Source: Octopus bimaculoides (lineage: Eukaryota). From it: a stretch of DNA of 32,608 nt. The notes below the pieces were generated by a model. The model did not search any database, was not told where the DNA came from, and saw only the letters and a program-made list of their open reading frames with translations. Positions 12,122 to 22,599 of this stretch are shown here, one piece after another; position 1 is the stretch's first letter, and each line of letters begins with the position of its first letter. The DNA lies in NCBI RefSeq assembly GCF_001194135.2, contig NC_068994.1:56209479-56242086 (forward strand), written 5' to 3'. Position numbers and translations under genes: made by a program.

Positions 12122-12271
12122 TATCCAAAGTTAATGCAGTACGATCGTTTCATGCGACTCCATTTATTTAAGCAATCTAAGCATTACATTAAAAGTAAAA
12201 TGCAGAGCAATCCTCAGCTGCTTAAATAAATGGAGTCGCATGAAACGATCGTATTGCATTAACTTTGGATA
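12122..12271. mobile_element. Foldback / MITE-like element: 53-bp inverted arms, 44-nt spacer
   Basis: 12122-12174 is the reverse complement of 12219-12271 with a single mismatch. Pairing extends a few more bases (AAAGAT/ATCTTT) past a 2-nt indel. Confidence 0.75.
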
Positions 12272-13920
12272 TCTTTGCTGCTTATTTTGATTTTAATCAC
12301 CTTATTTTGGAATTGTTTGGCTAATACCATACTTTAATTCTGGTGCCTAAACTTAAGTACCATATTCACCCTGAATCTAAATTTATATATATAAGAGAGT
12401 TGTGTGGCTCTTTTGAAAACCTTGGTAGGAGAAGAGGTTTTCGGTTGTCTATGAATGCACTCATTTTGTTGGCCTCTCCATTCGATCCTCTTCGTCTAAT
12501 TTCCACTCAGAGAAACCTTTCTCATTCTACAGCGTCGTAAGAGACGAGTAGTCACCGAAACATCTATATACTCTGAAAGTTAATGCTTAAGTTGCCAGAT
12601 AGTTGATTTAATCTGGGTAAAAAATTAAGTCACTCACCAGAAACAGAAACAACACTTATAGAAAGCACCCCCCCACACACACACACATACACAGTTTCTC
12701 TCTACCGTATTTCATATCCAACATTTAGGTCGAACCGTGGCGGTTACTCATGCATCCAAGGAACAGCGCGATGAAATCGAACCTGGAGCCACGTTGTATA
12801 TGTTTGCACAGGTATGTATGTATATACATACATATACGTATAGAAATAAGTTTGGTCTCGTATAGCCAACTGATATCCATGAATACATGAATATACAAAT
12901 ACATATTCATATATATGCATACGTATACATATATATACATACATATAAATGTGCATCTTCTTCACAAAGCCACACTTACATACACACACACTCGCGCGCG
13001 CAGATGCTTATATACACATATAATCATATATATATCCATAAATATGCATATAAACATATAAGTATATATGTGTAAGAATATACATATATATATAGTACTT
13101 GTGTATGTCTTTGTGCGTGTATGCATATAGAAGCGTTCGCCTATGCCTGTCCCTAAGCAAATAAATATGTGTCTGTGCGTGTGTGTGTGTGTTTATATGC
13201 GTGCGTGCGAACAGGGTAGCATAGAGGAAACATTTTAACTATACTATTCAATATAAAAATTAAAATACTGGGAAAAAAACTGCAACCTCAAAACTTACTT
13301 TCCTAAAAAAGAAGAAAAAAAGAAAAAAGCAACAACAACTACAACAACAAGAACAACAGCAGCAAAAACTGTATATCGGCCAATCAATAAGCAATACAGC
13401 ACAAACAACCGACATCATAAAACAACACCGAGAAAAACACAACCCAACACAGCAAAACAAACGTAATACAAGTCTTACGTGTCGGATCAATTCGGACTAA
13501 TATCATGATGGATAGTTTTCGTTGTGAACTGTCAAATGAAGCTGTTTCTTGAGACGATGCTGATTAGCCTTTTTCCCTCACAGAAACCATTTCTCTTTAG
13601 TTTTTTTGTTTTTTTTGTTTCTTGTATTTTTTTATGCCTTCTTGGAACAAATGACATTCTTGTTTCTGTCTGTCCACTGATTGGTCTCTTCCCCCTCGGA
13701 ATCGTTTCTGCGGCAACAGACGACAGACTTTGTTTTCTTGCCTGTCCAGTCGAGTCTGGAATTTTATTAAGAACATCGCAAAACACTTGAAACGGTGGAC
13801 ACGACCACCGTTGGTCACTGATTCTAGTTGACCCGCAGCCGGCAGTTCTGTCTTCTGCCCAAAGTTATCTTTCTCTTGTGACTTGTATATTTATGTGTGT
13901 TCTAGTAAAGTTGATCTGAA

Positions 13921-13965
<45 letters not shown>

Positions 13966-14922
13966 NNNNNNNNNNNNNNNNNNNNNNNNNNNNNNNNNNN
14001 NNNNNNNNNNNNNNNNNNNNNNNNNNNNNNNNNNNNNNNNNNNNNNNNNNNNNNNNNNNNNNNNNNNNNNNNNNNNNNNNNNNNNNNNNNNNNNNNNNNN
14101 NNNNNNNNNNNNNNNNNNNNNNNNNNNNNNNNNNNNNNNNNNNNNNNNNNNNNNNNNNNNNNNNNNNNNNNNNNNNNNNNNNNNNNNNNNNNNNNNNNNN
14201 NNNNNNNNNNNNNNNNNNNNNNNNNNNNNNNNNNNNNNNNNNNNNNNNNNNNNNNNNNNNNNNNNNNNNNNNNNNNNNNNNNNNNNNNNNNNNNNNNNNN
14301 NNNNNNNNNNNNNNNNNNNNNNNNNNNNNNNNNNNNNNNNNNNNNNNNNNNNNNNNNNNNNNNNNNNNNNNNNNNNNNNNNNNNNNNNNNNNNNNNNNNN
14401 NNNNNNNNNNNNNNNNNNNNNNNNNNNNNNNNNNNNNNNNNNNNNNNNNNNNNNNNNNNNNNNNNNNNNNNNNNNNNNNNNNNNNNNNNNNNNNNNNNNN
14501 NNNNNNNNNNNNNNNNNNNNNNNNNNNNNNNNNNNNNNNNNNNNNNNNNNNNNNNNNNNNNNNNNNNNNNNNNNNNNNNNNNNNNNNNNNNNNNNNNNNN
14601 NNNNNNNNNNNNNNNNNNNNNNNNNNNNNNNNNNNNNNNNNNNNNNNNNNNNNNNNNNNNNNNNNNNNNNNNNNNNNNNNNNNNNNNNNNNNNNNNNNNN
14701 ATATATATATATATATATATAAATGAGAATGTATGTCTGCGTGTCTGTGTGAATCCCTAAAACTCCCAAAATATATGTAATTTTATTATGAAGATTCATA
14801 AGAACCTGCGCAGATCAAGCGTTGGTAGGCTACTGCAAATAGATAAGTACCAAATCCAATTTAAACCATGGAACCGATTCAGGGCTGGGTCCTCGGTGTG
14901 TCGTATATATAAAATGTAAACC

Positions 14923-15017
14923 CAGGGTGTGACTTTAAACATCGACCTGAGCAAAGCGAACATTAAGTTCAGCTATTGTAGGTTATGTCCAGGTCGCTGT
15001 TTAAAGTCATATCTGTT
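14923..15017. repeat. Imperfect inverted repeat (20-bp core arms); small MITE or hairpin
   Basis: TGACTTTAAACATCGACCTG (14930-14949) matches the reverse complement of CAGGTCGCTGTTTAAAGTCA (14990-15009) at 19/20, with weaker pairing on both sides. Confidence 0.7.
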
Positions 15018-15225
15018 TAAAATTTTATTTGTGTACGATTACACAATTATGTGTAATGTGTAAGATTATGATGTAATCTTCCGTAATTGCATTAAATAAA
15101 TAAAATCCTAACGAAACAGCTGTCGTTAATTTCAAATACACTGTATGTGCATAACATGTCTGTAATTTATAAACAGATGATGACTAAGCGATAACTATTA
15201 AGGTATATTTTTTAATTATTGGAAT

Positions 15226-15531
15226 CAGAGGTTTTCAACCATTTTGTGCCTATGGGGCCTCTTGATTACTAATTTGTTCTGGTGAACCTCCAGGGCGATT
15301 TGATGTTTAAAAACTAGTTTTATAGATGCTTCTTTCAAAATTTTGGTTTTCACTCATACGTTTGTGTAAGGTGAATTTTATAAAACATTAGCGAAATAAA
15401 CCTGGCCACTACTGGATATAAATACATCGAAAGTAAATATCTTTTCGTATACTCTTCAAATAATACTGTGGATTCCTAAAAGTCTTACATGGACCCCCAG
15501 GTGTCAAACGAAACCTGGTCAAAAAACATTG
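15226..15531. mobile_element. Old non-autonomous DNA transposon relic, possibly hAT/Charlie-like
   Basis: Begins CAGAGGTTTTCAACC, resembling the CAGTGGTTCTCAACC Charlie-type TIR, and ends GGTCAAAAAACATTG (10/15 complementary). No clear TSD. Confidence 0.4.
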
Positions 15532-15564
15532 GTTTAAATGGTTTCATGCACTAAAAGATAGTGT

Positions 15565-15873
15565 TCCTCAATGCGTGGTTACAACGACGATGGTTCCAGT
15601 TGATCTGGTCAAGGGAACAACCTGCTCGCGAAATTAACTTGCAATTGCAAACGTACCCTTGACGACGTTGTCAAGGAGATTGAGCATGACCCAGAATGTG
15701 ACAAGGCTGGTCCCGTTTGAATTACTGGTACAACTCATTCTTGCCAGTTGAGTGGACTGGAGCAACGTGAAATAAAGTGTCTTGCTCAAGGACACAACAC
15801 GCCACCGGGAGTCGAACTCACTATTTTACGATCGTGATCCGAACGCCCTAACCATTAAGCCGCGGGACTTCAC
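15565..15873 (-). mobile_element. tRNA-derived SINE family 3, with a MetaSINE/MESC-like central domain
   Basis: Minus strand: GGCTTAATGGTTAGGGCG (A box)...GAGTTCGACTCCC (B box)...GTTGTGTCCTTGAGCAAGACACTTTATTTCACGTTGCTCCAGTCCACTCAACTGG...ATGAGT. The superfamily assignment is from memory of consensus motifs. Confidence 0.75.
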
Positions 15874-16089
15874 TACAATGACTACAATACCGACCGACGT
15901 CAACAATAACAACAAGAACAACAAGAACGGCAACAACAAAGATCTCGTACGTCAAAAAGTAGTATTTATATGCTTAAGTACCCGAAGAAGGAGTGAATTC
16001 CGGGTAGAGAATGTTGTGTACCTAACCGTAAAAAACTGTGTCAGTTCACCTTTCAGATTTATAAGAAATACTTGAACCCCCACCCTGCC

Positions 16090-16539
16090 TTCCCTTCTTC
16101 CACCTTTCTCTCTTTTTCTCTCTCTCTCTCTCTCCCTCTCTCTTTTACTCTCTCTGCCTCTCTCTCTCTCTGTTTCCATCTGTCCATCTGTCTGTCAGTC
16201 TCTCTTCCTCTGTCTCTCTCTCTGTCTCTGTCCGTTTGTTTGTTTGTCTATCTGTCTCTCTCTCCCTCTCTTTCTCTCTCTGTCTCTCTGTCTCTGTTTC
16301 TGCCTGTCAGTCTCTCTTCCTCTGTCTCTCTCTCCCTCTCTCTTTCTCTCTCTGTCTCTCTGTCTCTGTTTCTGCCTGTCAGTCTCTCTCCCTCTCTCTT
16401 TCTCTCTCTCTGTCTTTGTCTGTCCGTTTTTTTTTGTTTGTCTGTCTCTCTCTCTCTCTTTCTCTTTCTGTCTGTCTCTATCTCTCTGCTTCTGTCCGTC
16501 CGTCTGTCTGTTAGTGTTTCTCCCTCTCTCTCTCTCTCT
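16090..16539. repeat. CT-rich compound minisatellite with recurring CTGTTTCTGCCTGTCAGTCTCTC unit
   Basis: The unit recurs near 16170, 16294 and 16366 within (CT)/(CTGT) tracts; the repeat ends at an N-gap. Confidence 0.85.
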
Positions 16540-17158
16540 NNNNNNNNNNNNNNNNNNNNNNNNNNNNNNNNNNNNNNNNNNNNNNNNNNNNNNNNNNNNN
16601 NNNNNNNNNNNNNNNNNNNNNNNNNNNNNNNNNNNNNNNNNNNNNNNNNNNNNNNNNNNNNNNNNNNNNNNNNNNNNNNNNNNNNNNNNNNNNNNNNNNN
16701 NNNNNNNNNNNNNNNNNNNNNNNNNNNNNNNNNNNNNNNNNNNNNNNNNNNNNNNNNNNNNNNNNNNNNNNNNNNNNNNNNNNNNNNNNNNNNNNNNNNN
16801 NNNNNNNNNNNNNNNNNNNNNNNNNNNNNNNNNNNNNNNNNNNNNNNNNNNNNNNNNNNNNNNNNNNNNNNNNNNNNNNNNNNNNNNNNNNNNNNNNNNN
16901 NNACGAAGAGAGAAGGAAACAAAAAAAGAAAAATAACCAATATGATTAAAAGGAAGCAAATATATAACGTGGGGGTGGGGGGAGTGAAACCCCCTCCCCC
17001 GCAAGACACCACCGCTCCATATATTGTATTTGTGGTGGTCAGTGCGTAAAGAGTTTAAGAGACGTATTTGATTTATAAAGGACAATGTGCGGGGAGGGGG
17101 AAGAGCGGGAGTGGGGAGGTTGGAGTTTGTAAAGGAAATTAAATGATGATTTAGGAGA

Positions 17159-17270
17159 TTCCACCACCGCCACCACCATCACCACTGCGACCACCGCCAA
17201 CATCAACACCATCGCCAACAGCATCACCACCGCCAACACCACCATTGCTGTGACATCGCAAGCACCTGTC
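17159..17270. repeat. Degenerate (ACC/ATC/GCC)n trinucleotide tract
   Basis: Direct reading of the sequence. Confidence 0.8.
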
Positions 17271-17295
17271 AACATTCCCTGCTTTCTTCATTTTT

Positions 17296-17749
17296 TTTTA
17301 CTTGCTGCAGTCATTAGACTGCGGCCATGCTGGGGCACCTCCTTGAAGAAATTTTTAGCCAAATAAATCACCCCAGTACTAGCACAACTGAAATATATTT
17401 CTTTTCTTTTATCTTTTACTTGTTTTTAATTATTAGACTGCGGCCATCCTGGAGCACCGCCTTGAAGAATTTTTTGTCGAATGAATCGACCCCAGTACTT
17501 ATTTACTTTTTAAGCCTGGCACTTATTCTATCGTTGTCTTTTGCTGAACTGCTAAGTTACGGAGACGTAAACAAGCCAACACCTGTTGTCAGAGGGATGT
17601 AGGGGACACACACACACCCAACAAACTTCTTCTAGTTTCCGTCCACTGAACCCACCCACAAGGCTTTGGCTGGCCCGAGGCTAGAGTAGAAGTCATTTGC
17701 CCAAGGTGCCACGCAATGGGACTGAATTCAGAACCATGTGATTAAGAAA
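17296..17749 (-). mobile_element. SINE family 1, diverged, with a duplicated 3' end
   Basis: The head and body lie at about 17500-17749. The 3' module (TTAGACTGCGGCCAT.CTGG.GCACC.CCTTGAAGAA on plus) occurs twice, at about 17296-17390 and 17413-17500. Confidence 0.8.
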
Positions 17750-17788
17750 GATTCCAGATTTCTTTGTTGCAAATTACCATCTAGTTAT

Positions 17789-17835
17789 AACTTCGCTGAC
17801 GAGTCCAAAACAATGCCGAATCATGTCAAGAGTTG
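17789..17835 (+). ncRNA. Degenerate hammerhead-ribozyme-like motif
   Basis: CTGACGA-GTCC(aaaacaa)tGCC-GAAt-CATGT-C-aagagtt: intact CUGANGA, eroded stem II, GAAA mutated to GAAT, near-palindromic stem III and a GUC triplet. Confidence 0.35.
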
Positions 17836-18267
17836 TTCCCTGTAATTGCCAATAAAAACGAAAACTGAAAACATTATTTATAATTGACTAATATTATGTT
17901 TCCTTTACCAGATGTATATTTTTAGTTAGTTTTTAATGATTCGTGTATTACCTATATTAAACACAAACTTCCTTATATCTTACATTTATCGATTCATCAG
18001 TCTGTCTGACGTTATCATTATTTCTGTTTAACTTTTTAATGTTCTATATATTGAATATGTTAACACAAATTTGCATATTTCTAAAGCGATATGTCTGCTG
18101 ACAACATATTTTATTTCTAGTTAGCCTTTTTTATGTTCCATGTTTTTTTTTTTAGATATGTTATAGCATGAGTTTGCATATATATCTAATGTTATTCGAT
18201 CTAGCTGTTTCACAACATATCGTTAAGTCTTTTAATGTTTCATGCGTTAAATATATTAACTCATACT

Positions 18268-18323
<56 letters not shown>

Positions 18324-18523
18324 ATATATATATATATATATATGTACAAGTTTGGTCTGTCTATCTATCTTTCTATCTATCTATTTGTCTATCTATCTAA
18401 AGAATGATTTTTGTCGCAGTCAGCATTGTGATAGAAGCGTGTGTGAAGAATGTCTTTAATGATGGCGTATCTGACTAGGATGAGATGGAATTGATTCCAG
18501 GAGTTTGACAGCACCCTTTGCCA

Positions 18524-18592
18524 TCTGCTCTCTGCCCTTTGCCCTTTGCCCTTTGCTCTCTGCTCTCTGCTCTCTGTTCTTTGCTCCTTGTT
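18524..18592. repeat. 7-bp tandem repeat (TGCTCTC/TGCCCTT variants, ~9 units)
   Basis: Direct reading of the sequence. Confidence 0.8.
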
Positions 18593-18803
18593 TTGAGTCA
18601 TACGGTCATCGATAAGATCGCAATCTCTAACAAAAGAACTTTGTCGAGTCATTTAATTAATTTCATATTTAATCAACTTGTTATCTAGTTAATTGATATT
18701 AACACTTGAATGAAATACAACTAGTGAGTGTGTTTCAATTGGAAACATGACCGTCCCAAAGTAGAAGATATGTATGTGTGTGTGTTAGTATGTGTGCACG
18801 TAC

Positions 18804-18836
<33 letters not shown>

Positions 18837-18841
18837 GGGGG

Positions 18842-18889
<48 letters not shown>

Positions 18890-19163
18890 TGCGCGTGTGT
18901 GTGTCTGTGTGTGTTTAAAAGAAGAGTTAGCATCGATGGTACAGAAGACTATAGCAATATTGATCGGACATTAAATAATAATACTAATACTACTACTACT
19001 ACTACTACTAATAATAATAATAACAACAACGATCAAGAATTTTAAATGTTACTTTAGAAGCATCTATCTAATTAGCCTTGATGTTTTATGGTAAAATATT
19101 CTTTTTCAAAAGTGTCAACAAAACAAGAGATAACTGCGAGCGTTAGTTTGACGCGCCAGTTGT

Positions 19164-19208
<45 letters not shown>

Positions 19209-19572
19209 CGTGCGCGCGAAGAAATGTGGAATTTGGGGTTGTGGATTGTGTTCTGTTGGCGGTAACATGTGTATAAAGAATTGGTTCATAAATGGTAACT
19301 ATGACAGTGCGCCTTATTCATTTCAAGCCGACTTGGTAGTTGCTATATGTTTCTTTTTGTTTCATTATAAGAACGGCTTCTTTAATCCACGTGTTACTAA
19401 TGTTGCGGTCATAAGATTGAAAAAGTGACTATAATGTCCTTTCTGTTTGTGTCTAAATTTGTCGCAGTATTTTTTGATTATGTTCGTGCACAGAGATGTT
19501 CATTGATTCGGATGGATAATGACCTTCTGGATGATAATACACATCTATGAAACGGCCTCCAACGATTGACAC

Positions 19573-19948
19573 TTATGCGTTCACCAACTATTCAATTCGG
19601 TGGAGCTACAATGTGTATCGGTTGCAATACACTGAATGTATCAGGCATCCCACACGATTCAACACAAATTCCACATGTTTACATGTGGTCTCTTGACCAA
19701 CACAAGCACATACACAACTGGCACGCCGATCTAATGAACACATTCATTTTTGTTCTGTTGATAATTTTGAAAAGGAGTATGTTATCCGAAATATCTGAGC
19801 TAATTAAATATTTCTCATGTAGATTTTCAATATCTTTGTAATTGCTATTTTCTGTATCTAATGCTCTAACTGCATTGCTATAACCTTCAATATAACTGTC
19901 TGCTTTTCTACATATTCCGCAATGCTTCAAGCACACTGCTACTTCCGT
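19573..19948 (-). pseudogene. Degenerate SWIM zinc-finger (MEKK1/ZSWIM2-type) coding relic
   Basis: Removing one extra base at 19732 gives ...LLFKIINRTKMNVFIDRRASCVCACVGQETTCKHVEFVLNRVGCLIHSVYCNRYTL*LHRIE*LVNA*. This contains CxC-x6-CKH followed by FVLxRV. In-frame stops are at 19608, 19590 and 19575. Confidence 0.65.
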
Positions 19949-20885
19949 TTACATATACATACATTGCATGCATACATATACACACACATGCATGTATACA
20001 CGTATATAAACCAAACTAAAATGATTGAAAAGGATTATCGATTCCTGAGAGGAACATGACAAAAAAGAAAATTAAAATTATCGAGTTTTCTTTATGTATA
20101 TATANNNNNNNNNNNNNNNNNNNNNNNNNNNNNNNNNNNNNNNNNNNNNNNNNNNNNNNNNNNNNNNNNNNNNNNNNNNNNNNNNNNNNNNNNNNNNNNN
20201 NNNNNNNNNNNNNNNNNNNNNNNNNNNNNNNNNNNNNNNNNNNNNNNNNNNNNNNNNNNNNNNNNNNNNNNNNNNNNNNNNNNNNNNNNNNNNNNNNNNN
20301 NNNNNNNNNNNNNNNNNNNNNNNNNNNNNNNNNNNNNNNNNNNNNNNNNNNNNNNNNNNNNNNNNNNNNNNNNNNNNNNNNNNNNNNNNNNNNNNNNNNN
20401 NNNNNNNNNNNNNNNNNNNNNNNNNNNNNNNNNNNNNNNNNNNNNNNNNNNNNNNNNNNNNNNNNNNNNNNNNNNNNNNNNNNNNNNNNNNNNNNNNNNN
20501 NNNNNNNNNNNNNNNNNNNNNNNNNNNNNNNNNNNNNNNNNNNNNNNNNNNNNNNNNNNNNNNNNNNNNNNNNNNNNNNNNNNNNNNNNNNNNNNNNNNN
20601 NNNNNNNNNNNNNNNNNNNNNNNNNNNNNNNNNNNNNNNNNNNNNNNNNNNNNNNNNNNNNNNNNNNNNNNNNNNNNNNNNNNNNNNNNNNNNNNNNNNN
20701 NNNNNNNNNNNNNNNNNNNNNNNNNNNNNNNNNNNNNNNNNNNNNNNNNNNNNNNNNNNNNNNNNNNNNNNNNNNNNNNNNNNNNNNNNNNNNNNNNNNN
20801 NNNNNNNNNNNNNNNNNNNNNNNNNNNNNNNNNNNNNNNNNNNNNNNNNNNNNNNNNNNNNNNNNNNNNNNNNNNNNNNNNNNNN

Positions 20886-20947
<62 letters not shown>

Positions 20948-21598
20948 TACGGGTCCGTGAGCATCTGTGGATATATATGTATGTATATATCTGTGTGTGT
21001 GTGTATGAATGATGTGATGCGGGCAGAGCAGTAGTGCTTGCAATCTCTTTTACTTATACAGCTCGCTGCCGCTGGTTAGCCAATACGGTGAAATGGGAAA
21101 GAGATCTGTACGTGAGTCTTCCCTGTCGACAGACAATCTCTCTTCCCACCATTCTTTCACCAAGATTCCTGCCAGGCCTTCTTGCAGTCACACACAAATA
21201 ACTAGTTCACTTAGAGCTCCATACTAAGCGGACAAGGGAACTTGAAGCAACAGTGGGCCCCAGACATACAGCGTAGATAGACCTGGTAACATACAAACTT
21301 TGTTATTTTTGCCCGCACTATCTTTGATGAATACAGGAAAATAAACGCTAAGGGAGTGAACATTGAACAGAGACAAGTGCATGTATCCTGGTTATGTGGG
21401 TTTTTCAAGAATTTCCTTTTTCCTGCTGTACACAAATTACATCTTTTTCAGTTCTTGAGGAGTTAAAGAATGAATTAGAATTTGAAATGCTTGCTTAAAT
21501 TTCCTTTCTGTCATGCCTATGTAACCTGATAGGGTGGCATAATTATACGTTAATGTAAGAGAAACTTTCATTCGGGTTTTCTAAATGGTTTATATATA

Positions 21599-21748
21599 GG
21601 CGCAGTCGTGGTTGTATGGTAAGAAGCTTGCTTCCCAACCACATGGTTCCAGATTTACTCCAACTGCGTGGCACCTTGGGCAAGTGTCTTTTACTAAAGC
21701 CTCGGGCCGACCAAAGCCTTTTGAGGGAATTCGGTAGAAGGATACTGT
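21599..21748 (+). mobile_element. SINE family 1, 5' half, running into a (CTT)n array
   Basis: GGCGCAGTCGTGGTTGTATGGTAAGAAGCTTGCTTCCCAACCACATGGTTCC...GGCACCTTGGGCAAGTGTCTT...GGGCCGACCAAAGCC. Confidence 0.85.
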
Positions 21749-21752
21749 TTCC

Positions 21753-21987
21753 CTCTTCTTCTTCCTCCTCCTCCAACTTCTTCTTCTCTTCTTCCTCCCC
21801 CTTCTTCTCTTTTCTTTTCCTCCCCTCCTCCTTCTTCTCCTCCTCCTCCAGCTCCATCTTCTTCTTCTTCTTCTTCGTCTTCTTCTTCTTCTTCTTCTTC
21901 TTCTTCTTCTTCTTCTTCTTCTTCTTCTTCTTCTTCTTCTTCTTCTTCTTCTTCTTCTTCTTCTTCTTCTTCTTCTTCTTCTTCTTC
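21753..21987. repeat. (CTT)/(CTC)n microsatellite ending at a gap
   Basis: Direct reading of the sequence. Confidence 0.95.
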
Positions 21988-22556
21988 NNNNNNNNNNNNN
22001 NNNNNNNNNNNNNNNNNNNNNNNNNNNNNNNNNNNNNNNNNNNNNNNNNNNNNNNNNNNNNNNNNNNNNNNNNNNNNNNNNNNNNNNNNNNNNNNNNNNN
22101 NNNNNNNNNNNNNNNNNNNNNNNNNNNNNNNNNNNNNNNNNNNNNNNNNNNNNNNNNNNNNNNNNNNNNNNNNNNNNNNNNNNNNNNNNNNNNNNNNNNN
22201 NNNNNNNNNNNNNNNNNNNNNNNNNNNNNNNNNNNNNNNNNNNNNNNNNNNNNNNNNNNNNNNNNNNNNNNNNNNNNNNNNNNNNNNNNNNNNNNNNNNN
22301 NNNNNNNNNNNNNNNNNNNNNNNNNNNNNNNNNNNNNNNNNATATACACCTATATCTACACAAACATATAGTATATGCATACATATATACACAAATTTAT
22401 GGATTTATCACAAAATGGTTTGTCTTACGTCACACTACAGACATAACAGAGTACGAGTGCTTTTCAATGCATAATTAATTAATAAAGAAATTAATTTGAA
22501 TAAATCGTCAACGCAGCATTATTTATGCGAAAGAAAATTAGACGGCTGAGCAATCT

Positions 22557-22599
<43 letters not shown>

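Noticed and set aside
12531-12572. GAC-gagta-GTCACC-GAAACATCTA, a possible hammerhead relic
   Set aside because: The CUGANGA core and stem I are absent; too degenerate to call.
15800-15873. tRNA-like sequences with A/B boxes (also in the other SINE heads)
   Set aside because: No complete cloverleaf is evident, and they continue into SINE body sequence; these are SINE heads, not tRNA genes.
19573-19948. SWIM relic as the 5' part of the RING gene (MEKK1/ZSWIM2-like fusion)
   Set aside because: The SWIM frame is broken by an indel and three stops, and the RING exon has its own ATG and a TRIM-type signature.
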